Counted from the first letter of the stretch, positions 23,283 through 35,501 are shown. The stretch: DNA of 41,081 nucleotides from Octopus sinensis (GCF_006345805.1 NW_021835341.1:1-41081), one strand, 5' to 3'. Made by a program: numbers and translations. Notes: generated by a model from the letters alone, not told the origin.

Positions 23283-23320
<38 letters not shown>
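22854..23320 (+). mobile_element. Unclassified ~430-bp interspersed repeat (family D) with an (AAT)n tail
   Basis: GC-richer block ending gctctgctcgctcactc(aat)n; recalled as a recurrent octopus repeat; only one copy in this window. Confidence 0.55.
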
Positions 23321-23323
<3 letters not shown>

Positions 23324-23358
23324 AAATAATGGTGATGATGATGATGATGATGATGATA

Positions 23359-23413
<55 letters not shown>

Positions 23414-23445
23414 CGACGACGACGACGATGATGATGATGATGAAT
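23283..23445. repeat. (AAT)n-(GAT)n-(GAC)n trinucleotide run
   Basis: Directly visible. Confidence 0.95.
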
Positions 23446-23583
23446 AGAACCACTGCGTGTGTTTCTTACTGGCGTAATGATCCTTCCTTAGAAATGTAAA
23501 TATTGGGGCTGATTTATTCGCTTAAAACCCGTTCAGGCGGTCGGCATCCCAGCATGGCCGCAGGGCAATGACTAAAGAAAAGA

Positions 23584-23585
<2 letters not shown>

Positions 23586-23642
<57 letters not shown>

Positions 23643-23705
23643 ATACTACTACTACTACAATAATGATAACAACAACAACAATAAAAACAATAATAATAAT
23701 AATGA
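23586..23705. repeat. (CTA)n/(AAC)n/(AAT)n run
   Basis: Directly visible. Confidence 0.95.
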
Positions 23706-23817
23706 AAAAAGATACCTAATGTGTTGGCAACCTTTCTAAACTCAAGTAAAACTAGGTTCTTTACATTTTCTCGTTATTGTCACATCTGAGTTTCCGATAC
23801 GCTAAGTCATATGTATG

Positions 23818-23925
23818 TTCTTTCATTTTTTAATTCCTTTATTTGTTTCAGTCATTTGACTGCGGCCATGCTGGAGCACCGCCTCAAGGGATTTTAGTCG
23901 AACAAATCGGCCCGAAGACTTATTT
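23818..23925 (-). mobile_element. SINE A 3' fragment
   Basis: gtttcagtcatttgactgcggccatgctggagcaccgcc..ttagtcgaacaaatcg. Confidence 0.8.
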
Positions 23926-23964
23926 TAATGATTGCAATAAGTAAAAAGAAAAAAAAAAAACACG

Positions 23965-24062
23965 AAAGCATAACCGAGAGGATTTTGACCGAAGGTTTTT
24001 TTTTTGCTGTAGGGAGATTTTGTCCGAGGGCCTTTTGTCCGAGGGGGATTTTGTCCGGATCC
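23965..24062 (-). mobile_element. Probable orphan terminus of a DNA transposon with subterminal repeats
   Basis: Four copies of (ga)ttttgWccga(ggg) ending in GGATCC; no partner end found. Confidence 0.4.
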
Positions 24063-24616
24063 ATATGAGGAGTATATATATATATATATATATATGTCTG
24101 TGTGTGTATGCATGTGTGCGTGTTGTGTGTGTGTGCATAATACATACATACATACATATATGTTGCATATCTATTACATTATACCTTGATACCATGTGGA
24201 CTAATATCCTCGTTGACAGGCCACTGGTATTTATAGAGTGTTAAAAATTTTCGGTATGCAAATTAGGTACCCCTTCATAGAGTAACTGTTGCATTTTTTG
24301 AGTATATAAATATTTTGGCTGCTTGTTCCGCTGGGGATTATTAACATGATGTGGACGGCTCTGATGAGTGTTCAATAAGGTCCGAAAATCGTTTAAGGTT
24401 ATTCATCATTATTTTCAGTCTGCGGAGAAATGGCTAAAATTTGCCCTGATTATAATTATACCATATGTTATGCATATACTTAAAAGTCTTCCCGAAAATT
24501 ACTCTATACAGTTATACTAACTATAAAAAAAAATTTTTAAACATTATTTTAAAAAAAAAGTTGTAAATTTTTTATTAGAACGTCACTTCTTTGAATGAAG
24601 TCTCTTTTAGTGTGCG

Positions 24617-24766
24617 TGAGCCATCGAATTTATCTTGTTCGAAGTAAGAGCTAGTGTTGATTTGTTACAGCTGAAATAAGTGAATCTATTTGTGGATATT
24701 CACTTATTTCAGCTGTGACGAGTCAACACTAGCTTTTACCTCGAACAAGATAAATCCGATGGCTCA
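24617..24766. other. 150-nt near-perfect hairpin (69-bp arms, 12-nt loop)
   Basis: 24617-24685 versus the reverse complement of 24698-24766: 63/69 identical, all 6 differences are transitions. Confidence 0.95.
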
Positions 24767-25294
24767 AGAAACTGGAAGTTTGTCAATTGTAAGCTGTTGT
24801 TAAATAATAACATTAAGAAAGAACCACAACAACTGAGTCAGTGCAGTGGAAAGGTGGAACGGTATTGTTTTGAAAGGTGTAATCTCTGTTAAATGATACT
24901 CCTTTGGTAGCGATGATGGAAGACATATGGCATAAGAAGCAGCTCATTGAAATAACGTACAAGACATCTAGGATAAAAGAAGGTTGGCAATGTATGATTC
25001 CTGGAAGTCTTTTACTTGTCATAAAAGAGAGAGAAAAAAGAAAAAAGAAGACGCTGTGTCATCACACTTTCTGAATTGTTTATTGTTTTAATACTCTAGT
25101 CAAGATTTCTCGTTGCAGCTGGATGAGTTAGTTGTAGCTAGATGCTCACGATATGGGCCTCGTTTCTGACGGGTCGTATCTTGTCACTTGATTTTTGTGA
25201 AAATAGGATGTTGCTGTATTGCAAAACTACCACGAAGAAAATTATTTCCCGTCAATTCATCCCAAATAATTGTAAATAGATGCCATGTTTTGGT

Positions 25295-25321
25295 AGATAG
25301 ATAGATAGACAGACAGACAGT

Positions 25322-25394
<73 letters not shown>

Positions 25395-25530
25395 TGATAG
25401 ATAGATAAATAGATTGATAGATAGATAGAAAGACAGATAGCTAGATAGATAAATAGATAGATGGATAGAAAAATAGATAGATAGATACATAGATAGATAG
25501 ATAGATAGATAGATAGAAAGATAGACAGAT

Positions 25531-25582
<52 letters not shown>
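25295..25582. repeat. (AGAT)n microsatellite
   Basis: Directly visible. Confidence 0.95.
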
Positions 25583-25583
<1 letters not shown>

Positions 25584-25889
25584 TGTTTCTTTATAAGCCA
25601 CACAGGGCTGAACACAGAGGGGATAAATTACAAAGAAGAGTTTTTCTTTTTGGGGAGAAAAATAAAAGAAGGTTTTCGATCAAAAGGGATCGTAAAAAAG
25701 AAATAAAAAATTATCAATAGGGATCGTGTATCACAGAAATGTGAAAGGGGGAAACAGATAAGGTTTATCCGTGGACAAAAAAGCCTACGGAAAAGACCAT
25801 GGTAATCTCGGTCAATAATGTCACAATTTAACATTTATTTGCAAGAAGGTAACTCTCTGTTTTAAATTTTTCCGGGTTCATAGGATCAG

Positions 25890-25924
25890 ATAGATAAATA
25901 GATATATAGAGAGATTGATTGATT

Positions 25925-26001
<77 letters not shown>
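25890..26001. repeat. (AGAT)n microsatellite
   Basis: Directly visible. Confidence 0.95.
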
Positions 26002-26002
<1 letters not shown>

Positions 26003-26819
26003 GTGTTTTGGTATTGTAAAAGCTGTTTCTAATAATATCTTAGCAATTTCGAGACGAATCGTTAAAATAAATTACTAGTACGAGAGTGGTACTTTACTTT
26101 ATTGAACCCCGAGGGATGAAAAACACGGTTGACCTAAGTGATATTTGAACTCAGAACGTAAAAGACTATTTTTGTATGACATCTTAACGATTCTGCCAAT
26201 AGAACAGAAGAATGAGTCGTCAGTTTGCTACGTTTACCGAGGTTACAGTTCTTTAGAACCTGAAACGTAAAAAAATGTCAATTAATAGAAAATTTAAACC
26301 TTTTCAAGTTAAAGTAAGCGTAGAACAATGTTTTCCGCCGTATCTGTGTGTATATATACATACATACATATATATATATAAATATATAGAGGTTAAACTT
26401 ACTTGGAAAAGGATGCGTGGCGTTCGATCATATAATGATATAAATAATATATAAATATATGCATATATACATACATATTTGTACATACCTACATCTATAT
26501 GTATATATACATGCATATATGGGGACAGGACATAAAAAAAAACGTTGAACACAATGAGAAACGAAATCATAAAAGCACAAACATGGAAACGAACTTTTTT
26601 TTTCAAACAACGAAAAAACAGAGTACAAGACATACAACACAAGGAATATTCCCTTTCTTCAGTTGTCCCTCCGCGGTTCGAAGGTAAGGACAAGACGCGA
26701 TTTCGTTGAAACAGTCCTTCCCGCAAAGCAAATTGAATAAAATTTGGGATTTTTTGCGGAGGGGTAAAAGTGGTAACAAGAACAGGACAGTAAGAACGAA
26801 ACAAGACAGTAAAACCAAT

Positions 26820-26935
26820 AAGATTAAAGGCAAAGTCGACCTCGGTGGAATTTAAACTTAGATCGTAAAGACAGACGAAATACTGCTAAGCATTTCGCCC
26901 GGCGTGCTAACGTTTCCGCCAGCTCTCCGCCTTCA
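26820..26935 (-). mobile_element. SINE B head plus partial body
   Basis: aaaggcaaagtcgacctcggtggaatttaaact..cgtgctaacgtttccgccagctctccgcc. Confidence 0.85.
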
Positions 26936-26966
26936 GTCTGATATATATTGGCAGAATATAGTGACT

Positions 26967-27455
26967 TATCTTTTATCTTTTACTTCTTGTAGTCACTGGA
27001 CCGCGGCCATGCTGGGATTTTCTGTGTTTGTAGTCGAAAAACTCGATCTCAGCATTTATTTTCAAGCCTGGTAATTATTTCATCAGTCTCTTTTGCCTAA
27101 TCCCTTCGTAACAGAGACTACAAACCAACACTTGTTGTCAAACGGTGTGGGTACAAACTCAAAGGTACACACATACACATAGATTCATACATATATATAC
27201 ATACACACATACATACATACACAAAACCCGCATGCACATATACATATATAATGACATAGACATATAATGACATGCATACATACATATATACACAAATATA
27301 CGGCGGGCTTCCACACAGTTTCCGTTTAGCAAATTCCCTCACAAAGCATTCGCCGACCTGGGTCTTTAGTAGAAGACACTTGCTGAGGTGCAGTGTGGTG
27401 GGATTGAACTAGAAACCAGGCGGAGGCAAAGCAAGCTTCCTTAACAGCACTGCCC
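26967..27455 (-). mobile_element. SINE A, full length, diverged
   Basis: Tail, central (CA/TA)n and head all recognisable. Confidence 0.8.
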
Positions 27456-28134
27456 TACGTGCAAGGTTTACATATGAATTCGTTCTGTATATAAACACCA
27501 GAAATGTGACAGAGACATGGAAATAGAATTTTTATACCCATTCTGAAGAATTAAAAGAATGGGTTAAGTTATCGTCCTGCGAGTCTCCATTACCACTCTT
27601 AGAATTTTACTAAGGAACACGTGTTTCTTTTCGGCCCCTTCTTTTCTACTGCCCTTTATCTTGCCTTGGCTTGAAATGTTTTGACATATTACAATATTCC
27701 TCAGCTTTCACTGCCCCACCCATGGAGAGATCCCTGTTAAAACACCCACCTCCAATCCAAAACATTTCTCTACAAAACATCTCTTTCCATTCACTCCTCC
27801 TCCTCTCTTTGATTCCCCTCTCTCGATCCTTCCTCCTCATGACATCGCTCGAAGACTTTTAATTTTATTTTATTTATTTTAAACTGTGTTTCATTTTATT
27901 TTCGCAGTTCGGTTTACTCATTCTGTCAGACTTTCGCGTTTCTTTAATCATTCTGCTTTGTTGTCAACATATCTCTCTTTTTACCCTTCTCTTTCTTCCA
28001 GACTGTTTTTTTCTCTCTCTCTCTCTTTCTGTCACTCATTCTCTCTTTCCGCAAATTCTTCTGTTCTCTGTTCCTATCTTGCCTTCTCTTGGTTCATTAT
28101 ATTTATCTTCTTTTTTTTTTTTTTTTTTTTTTTG

Positions 28135-28335
28135 CAAGGCAGCGAGCTGGCAGAATCGTTAGCACGCCGGGTGAAATACACAGCGGTGTTTATCCCGTCG
28201 CTACGCTCTGAGTTCAAATTCCGCCGGGGTCAATTTGGCTTTTGGGGTCGTTAAATTAAGTACCAGTTGCATACTGGGATCGGTCTACTCGACTGGCCCC
28301 TCTCCCAAAATTTCAGGCCTTGTGCCTATAGTAGA
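28135..28335 (+). mobile_element. SINE B monomer with type-2 tail
   Basis: ggcagcgagctggcagaatcgttagcacg..gagttcaaattccgcc..cccaaaatttcaggccttgtgcctatagtagaaa. Confidence 0.88.
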
Positions 28336-28401
28336 AATGTTTATATTTATGTTTGCCTTTGTTTGTCCGTCCGTCTGTCTATCTGTCAACTCGTACACTC
28401 A

Positions 28402-28478
<77 letters not shown>

Positions 28479-28917
28479 AGAGAGAGAGAGAGAGAGAGAG
28501 AGTGAGAGAGAGAGATTAAAAAGAAAGAATTTTCCTGCTATGAGAAGAGATCAGATACATGCATACATACGTGTATATATGTACATATATTTATAAATAC
28601 ACTAGAGAGAAGATATACATTAATGCGTCTGCGTGCGCGAGCACGTGTGTGTTAATTGTAAATAATTTCGCCAGTTCGTTAATAAGCAGCCAGAGACTAA
28701 TAACGGTAGCCTTCATAAATATGCAAGTGACCCAAAGAATAACAATGTCGAGTCTCTATAAAGCTAAATATAACTTGCGATTTAAAGTAACGTGTCGGAT
28801 AAAAGTCGCCTTCAGAAGAATCTTCGTTTCTCTTGTTGGCTTCGATAAGTTGCAACTTTCTCTTCCGCCATTCTCGCATGTGTGTAATTGTTTTCATATA
28901 TGTAAATGGTACTCAGT

Positions 28918-29210
28918 CGGTGATCCGATCAATGGAACAGTCTGCTCGTGAAATGAACGGGCAAGTGGCTGAGATCTCCACAGACACGCGTACCTTTAAC
29001 ATAGTTCTCAGGGAGATTCAGCGTGATTCAGCGTGATACAGAATATGACAGGGCTGAACTTTTGAAATAAAGGTACTACTCATTTTTGCTAGCTGAATAG
29101 ACTGGAGCAACGTGAAGAAAAGTGTTTTGCTTAAGGACACATCGTGCCGACGGTTTTCGAACTCATAGCCTTACGATCATGAGTTTAATGACCAAAACCT
29201 TAAGCCACGT
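28918..29210 (-). mobile_element. SINE with family-E head and F tail
   Basis: Head matches 15530-15650 (ttcacgttgctccagt..cagct..aaatgagt); tail matches 40216-40400 (gatccgatcaatggaacag..ctgctcgtgaaat..gtggctgag..ctccacagacacg). Confidence 0.8.
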
Positions 29211-29589
29211 TCCCTAACCCCAACCCTAAATTTCATATATATACGCTACACTTCTATGTGTGAAAACCAGATTCAGATTTCGTGGATGCGAGTAGCAATC
29301 GCCAGAGGCAACAAAATTCGTTGCTATAAATGCGTTAAGTCGAATATGTTTGTATCCTGAGATGTTCTGTAACAATCTGTCTTTCTTTCTTTCGTTTTTT
29401 ATCCTTTTTCTCATTTTTGCCTTTTCCCTTGTTCTTCCTTTATTCTATCTTAGTTTTTTTCTTTCTGTCTTTTCATGCATTTTAACCCAAACATCGGATC
29501 GTGAAGCGCACCTCTTGAAAACAAATACCTGAGATGTTTGTGATCTGTAAAGAGTTTTGAGTAGGGACAGAAAACAGATGTATGAGCAT

Positions 29590-32150
29590 GCAATGCACAT
29601 GTGAACACAGAGCTCGTAAAACAGAAGGGAAGAATAAAACCGCAATGCGGATGTGCATACTGGATTCGTAAAACGGAAGAGAAGAATAAATCCGCAATGC
29701 GGATGTGAATACTAGATTCGTAATACGGAAGAGAAAAATAAAACCGCAATGCGGATGTACATACTAGATTCGTAAAACGGAAGAAAAGAATAAAACCGCA
29801 ATGCGGATGTGCATACCGGATTCGTAAAACGGAAGAGAAAAATAAAACCGCAATGCGGATGTGCGTTCTAGATTCGTAAAACGGAAGAGAAGAATAAAAC
29901 CGCAATGCGGATGTGCATCCTAGATTCGTAAAACGGAAGAGAAGAATAAAACCGCAGTGCGGATGTGCATACTAGATTCGTAAAACGGAAGAGAAGAATA
30001 AAATCGCAATGCGGATGTGCGTTCTAGATTCGTAAAACGGAAGAGAAGAATAAAACCGCAATGCGGATGCGTGCATACTGGATTCGTAAAACGGAAGAGA
30101 ATAATATCACCGCTGTGCGAATGTGCATACTGGATTCGTAAAACGGAAGAGAAGAAAAAACCGCGATGAGGGCGTGCATACTAGATTCGTAAAGCGGAAG
30201 AGAAGAATAAAACCGCAATGCGGATGTGCATACTGGATTCGTAAAACGGAAGGGAAGAATAAAACCGCAATGAGAATGTGCATACTGGATTCGTAAAACG
30301 GAAGAGAAGAATAAAGCCACAATGCGGATGCGCAAACTAGATTCATAAAACGGAAGAGAAGAATAAAACCGCAATGCGGATGTGCATACTAGATTCGTAA
30401 AACGGAAGAGAAGAAAATACCGCGATGAGGGCGTGCATACTAGATTCGTAAAACGGAATGGAAGAATAAAACCGCAATGCGGATGTGCATACTGGATTCA
30501 TAAAACGGAAGAGAAGAATAAAACCGCAATGCGGATGTGCATACTGGATTCATAAAACGGAAGAGAAGAATAAAGCCACAATGCGGATGTGCATACTAGA
30601 TTCGTAAAACGGAAGAGAAGAAAATACCGCGATGAGGGCGTGCATACTAGATTCGTAAAACGGAAGGGAAGAATAAAACCGCAATGCGGATGTGCATACT
30701 GGATTCATAAAATGGAAGAGAAGAATAAAACCGCAATGCGGATGTAAATACTAGATTCATAAAACGGAAGCGAAGAATAAAACCGCAATGCGGATGTGCA
30801 TACTGGATTCATAAAACGGAAGAGAAGAATAAAACCGCAATGCGGATGTGCATACTGGATTCATAAAACGGAAGAGAAGAATAAAACCGCAGTCCGGATG
30901 TGCATCCTAGATTCGTAAAACGGAAGAGAAGAATAAAACCGCAGTGCGGATGTGCATACTAGATTCGTAAAACGGAAGAGAAGAATAAAACCGCAATGCG
31001 GATGTGCATACTGGATTCATAAAATGGAAGAGAAGAATAAAACCGCAATGCGGATGTGCATACTGGATTCGTAAAACGGAAGAGAAGAATAAAACCGCAA
31101 TGCGGATGTAAATACTAGATTCATAAAACGGAAGCGAAGAATAAAACCGCAATGCGGATGTGCATACTGGATTCGTAAAACGGAAGAGAAGAATAAAACC
31201 GCAATGCGGATGTGCATACTGGATTCGTAAAACGGAAGAGAAGAATAAAACCGCAATGCGGATGTGCATACTGGATTCATAAAACGGAAGAGAAGAATAA
31301 AACCGCAGTCCGGATGTGTATCCTAGATTCGTAAAACGAAAGAGAAGTATAAAACCGCAGTGCGGATGTGCATACTAGATTCGTAAAACGGAAGAGAAGA
31401 ATAAAACCGCAATGCGGATGTGCATACTGGATTCATAAAACGGAAGAGAAGAATAAAACCGCAGTCCGGATGTGTATCCTAGATTCGTAAAACGAAAGAG
31501 AAGTATAAAACCGCAGTGCGGATGTGCATACTAGATTCGTAAAACGGAAGAGAAGAATAAAACCGCAATGCGGATGTGCATACTGGATTCATAAAACGGA
31601 AGAGAAGAATAAAACCGCAATGCGGATGTGCATACTGGATTCGTAAAACGGAAGAGAAGAATAAAACCGCAATGCGGATGTAAATACTAGATTCATAAAA
31701 CGGAAGCGAAGAATAAAACCGCAATGCGGATGTGCATACTGGATTCATAAACCGGAAGAGAAGAATAAAACCGGAGTCCGGATGTGCATCCTAGATTCGT
31801 AAAACGAAAGAGAAGAATAAAAGCGCAGTGCGGATGTGCATACTAGATTCGTAAAACGAAAGAGAAGTATAAAACCGCAGTGCGGATGTGCATACTAGAT
31901 TCGTAAAACGGAAGAGAAGAATAAAACCGCAATGCGGATGTGCATACTGGATTCATAAAACGGAAGAGAATAATAAAACCGCCATGCGGATGCGCATACT
32001 AGATTCATAAAACGGAAGAGAAGAATAAAACCGCCATGCGGATGCGCATACTAGATTCATAAAACGGAAGCGAAGAATAAAACCGCAATGCGGATGTGCA
32101 TACTGGATTCGTAAAACGGAAGAAAAGAATCAAAAAGCAATGCGCATGTC
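29590..32150. repeat. 52-bp minisatellite, about 49 copies
   Basis: Consensus gcaatgcggatgtgcatactRgattcRtaaaacggaagagaagaataaaacc; degenerate edges, homogeneous core. Confidence 0.97.
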
Positions 32151-32414
32151 AAAGTAACTACCACGGTTTCCTTTTCTCATTCCCAACCTGCGATCTTCTA
32201 ACCCAACACTTCTTTCTCTGTGGGCCTTTCGCTTTATCCTTCACGCACAAGTCTTCGCTGTCCCTCTCCTTCCCTACAACAGCGTTTTGATCAGGCTTTC
32301 TCTGTACGTCACAATGATTTCCTCTTACCCCAGCCAACATTCTCCAGTTATGTTTTTTTTCTTCCAAAAAGCCTTCTCTTGTAATAGTTCTTCCTCTCAG
32401 TCTCTTCTCCTCTC

Positions 32415-32460
32415 TTAATACACACACACCACATTCATACAGGTATGCATACCCACACAA

Positions 32461-32495
<35 letters not shown>

Positions 32496-32627
32496 CATAT
32501 ACAAATACATATATACGTACATATATACATACACACATATACAATATATATGTATATATATATATACATAATTACACATATATACACATATATACACACA
32601 TACGTACATACATACATGCATATACAG

Positions 32628-32661
<34 letters not shown>

Positions 32662-32827
32662 ATTTATACATAATATATATATATATATACATATGCATAC
32701 CTATGTACAAAGCTCACATGCATACATACATGTGTTATATATATATATACATACATATATATACATATATATATTGTATATATATAAGCATATATACATA
32801 CATACGTACAGTATATATATATATATA

Positions 32828-32883
<56 letters not shown>

Positions 32884-32936
32884 TACACATACATACCTAT
32901 GTACAATGCTCACATACATGCATACATAAATGTGCG

Positions 32937-32971
<35 letters not shown>

Positions 32972-32975
32972 ATCT
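32415..32975. repeat. Compound (CA)/(TA) microsatellite
   Basis: Directly visible. Confidence 0.95.
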
Positions 32976-33241
32976 TTTAACCACATCCCAGTTCCAACTG
33001 ACACTACGTCCGTCGCCTTGTCATTCTGAGACTCTCCTCCAAATTTTCTTCGTTTCCCAGCTCTGTCTCACTTTATTGGTTTAACCCGCCACTCCTTTTC
33101 TAAACACTCCCCACCCTGTCACTTCCGATATGCCCCCCCCATCTTTTTATCCCTTCCTTCCCTATCTGCCACCCACCCACCTCCGGCGGCCAGCCATCCT
33201 GCGACACAAGAACAGTCTCTTTTTGCCACGGGACCCCTCAC

Positions 33242-33274
33242 CTCCTTCGCGATCGTCTCCAAGGATATTCTCAG
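33242..33274 (-). CDS. Candidate 33-nt frame-preserving microexon
   Basis: cctcattattccctcacag|CTGAGAATATCCTTGGAGACGATCGCGAAGGAG|gtgagg; reads (A)ENILGDDREG in phase 1 or LRISLETIAKE in phase 0; lies in a GC-richer unique island. Confidence 0.3.
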
Positions 33275-33409
33275 CTGTGAGGGAATAATGAGGTAATTTG
33301 ATATGTGAGTTGGGCAGAGATGGCCGGACCCGGTGGGGGGGGGAAGCGGTGTAGGCAGAGGTAATGTAAATACAAAGCCCCCTCCCACCACCAGTACATA
33401 ACACCTTAT

Positions 33410-33475
33410 CATCCCCTTCCCCCAAATTTCAGGCCTTGTGCTTATAGTAGAAAAGATTATCATTATTTTTGGTAA
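33410..33475 (+). mobile_element. SINE B type-2 tail fragment
   Basis: tccccttcccccaaatttcaggccttgtgcttatagtagaaaagattatcattatt. Confidence 0.8.
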
Positions 33476-33484
33476 AAATTTGAA

Positions 33485-33485
33485 A

Positions 33486-33546
<61 letters not shown>

Positions 33547-33582
33547 CATTATCATCATCATTATTATTATTATTATTATTAC

Positions 33583-33639
<57 letters not shown>

Positions 33640-33650
33640 CATTATCATCA

Positions 33651-33692
<42 letters not shown>

Positions 33693-33797
33693 TATTATTA
33701 TTATTATCATTATCATCATCATTATTATTATTATTATTATTACTATTATTATTATCATCATTATTATTATTATCATTATTATTATTATTATTATTAC

Positions 33798-33836
<39 letters not shown>

Positions 33837-33847
33837 CATCATCATCA

Positions 33848-33893
<46 letters not shown>

Positions 33894-33929
33894 CATCATC
33901 ATCATCATTATTATTATTATTATTATTAC

Positions 33930-33968
<39 letters not shown>

Positions 33969-34004
33969 CATCATCATCATTATTATTATTATTATTATTA
34001 TTAC

Positions 34005-34066
<62 letters not shown>

Positions 34067-34177
34067 CCATTATTATTATTATTATTTATCATTACTGTTG
34101 TTGTTGTTATTATTTGTATTTATATTGTCGCCCTCGTCCTTCACCCTTGTGAGAAATAAAGGAAATCATCATCATCA

Positions 34178-34271
<94 letters not shown>

Positions 34272-34330
34272 TATTATTATTATTATTATTATTATCATTA
34301 TTATCATTATTATTATTATTATCATTATCA

Positions 34331-34410
<80 letters not shown>

Positions 34411-34413
34411 TAC

Positions 34414-34451
<38 letters not shown>

Positions 34452-34493
34452 ATATTATTATTATCATTATTATCATTATTATTATTATTATCA

Positions 34494-34542
<49 letters not shown>

Positions 34543-34631
34543 CATTATCATTAGTATTATTATTATTATTATTATATATTACTATTATTATTATTATTAT
34601 ATTATTATTATTATTATTATTATTATCATTA

Positions 34632-34667
<36 letters not shown>

Positions 34668-34711
34668 TTATCATTATCATTATTATTATCATTACTATCA
34701 TTATTATTATG

Positions 34712-34759
<48 letters not shown>

Positions 34760-34760
34760 T
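33485..34760. repeat. About 1.27-kb (ATT/ATC/ACT)n trinucleotide array
   Basis: Directly visible, with a short interruption at about 34090-34165. Confidence 0.97.
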
Positions 34761-34761
34761 T

Positions 34762-34905
34762 TCTGTTCAAATTCCGTCAAGTTTGACTTTGTCATCCTTT
34801 CGGGGTGGATGAAATAAGGGCCATTTTAGTCCTGGGGTCGATTAAATAGACTGTCGACCTCCTCTAATATTTTTGGCCTTGTGCCTATAGGAGAAAGGAT
34901 AAAAG
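34762..34905 (+). mobile_element. SINE B, 5'-truncated, with (CAT)n tail
   Basis: ctgttcaaattccgtcaagtttgactttg..ggccttgtgcctataggagaaaggat. Confidence 0.75.
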
Positions 34906-34967
<62 letters not shown>

Positions 34968-35072
34968 ATATCATCATGATCCTCATTATCATCAATATGA
35001 TCCTCAACCTCACAATTATTATTATTGTTTTACCTCTCAACCTGTTGGCAGAGGTCTCACAGGTTCTTATAG

Positions 35073-35300
35073 GCGTCGAGTTGGCAGAATCGTTAGCACG
35101 CCGGGCGAAATGGTTAGTGACGGTTCGTCTGCCGCTGCCGCTACGTTCTGAGTTCTGAGTTCAAATTCCGCTGAGGTCGACTTTGCTTTTCATCCTTTCG
35201 ATGTCGTTTGAATAAGTACCAGTTATGCACTGGAGTAAATGTAATCGAATTAATCCCTTCTTCCAAATTTGAGGCCTTGTGCTTCCAGTAGAAAGAATTA
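35073..35300 (+). mobile_element. SINE B monomer with (ATT)n(GTT)n tail
   Basis: ggcgtcgagttggcagaatcgttagcacgccgggcg..gaggccttgtgcttccagtagaaagaattatt. Confidence 0.88.
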
Positions 35301-35501
35301 TTATTATTATTATTATTATTATTGTTGTTGCTGTTGTTGTTGTTTTCCTTCTTTCTTCAAATTTTCTTCCATTTCTCGCTTTGGAAGCTTTCTTCAACCC
35401 ATTTGACAACGGGTGTTTCTCTTCGTATATATGTTTTTGTTTTGTTTGTTTTTGTTTTTCCAGTTTCAGCTCTTGAGCTGTGGCCATGCTGGGGCACCGC
35501 C

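Noticed and set aside
26625-26670. Minus-strand CTGAAGA plus hairpin as a hammerhead
   Set aside because: There is no GAAA after the putative stem II. The surrounding 26520-26810 may be a repeat remnant but cannot be classified.
29211-29230. Telomere-like ccctaaccccaaccctaa
   Set aside because: Only three imperfect units; expected by chance.
29590-32150. CRISPR array or repeat-protein CDS
   Set aside because: The units are contiguous with no unique spacers and no cas genes, in a eukaryotic context. The minus-strand ORFs arise because the 52-mer is nearly stop-free and break at variant units.
33438-34712. 424-aa poly-L/Y/H ORF and antisense poly-N/I/M ORFs
   Set aside because: Artefacts of the (ATT/ATC)n array.
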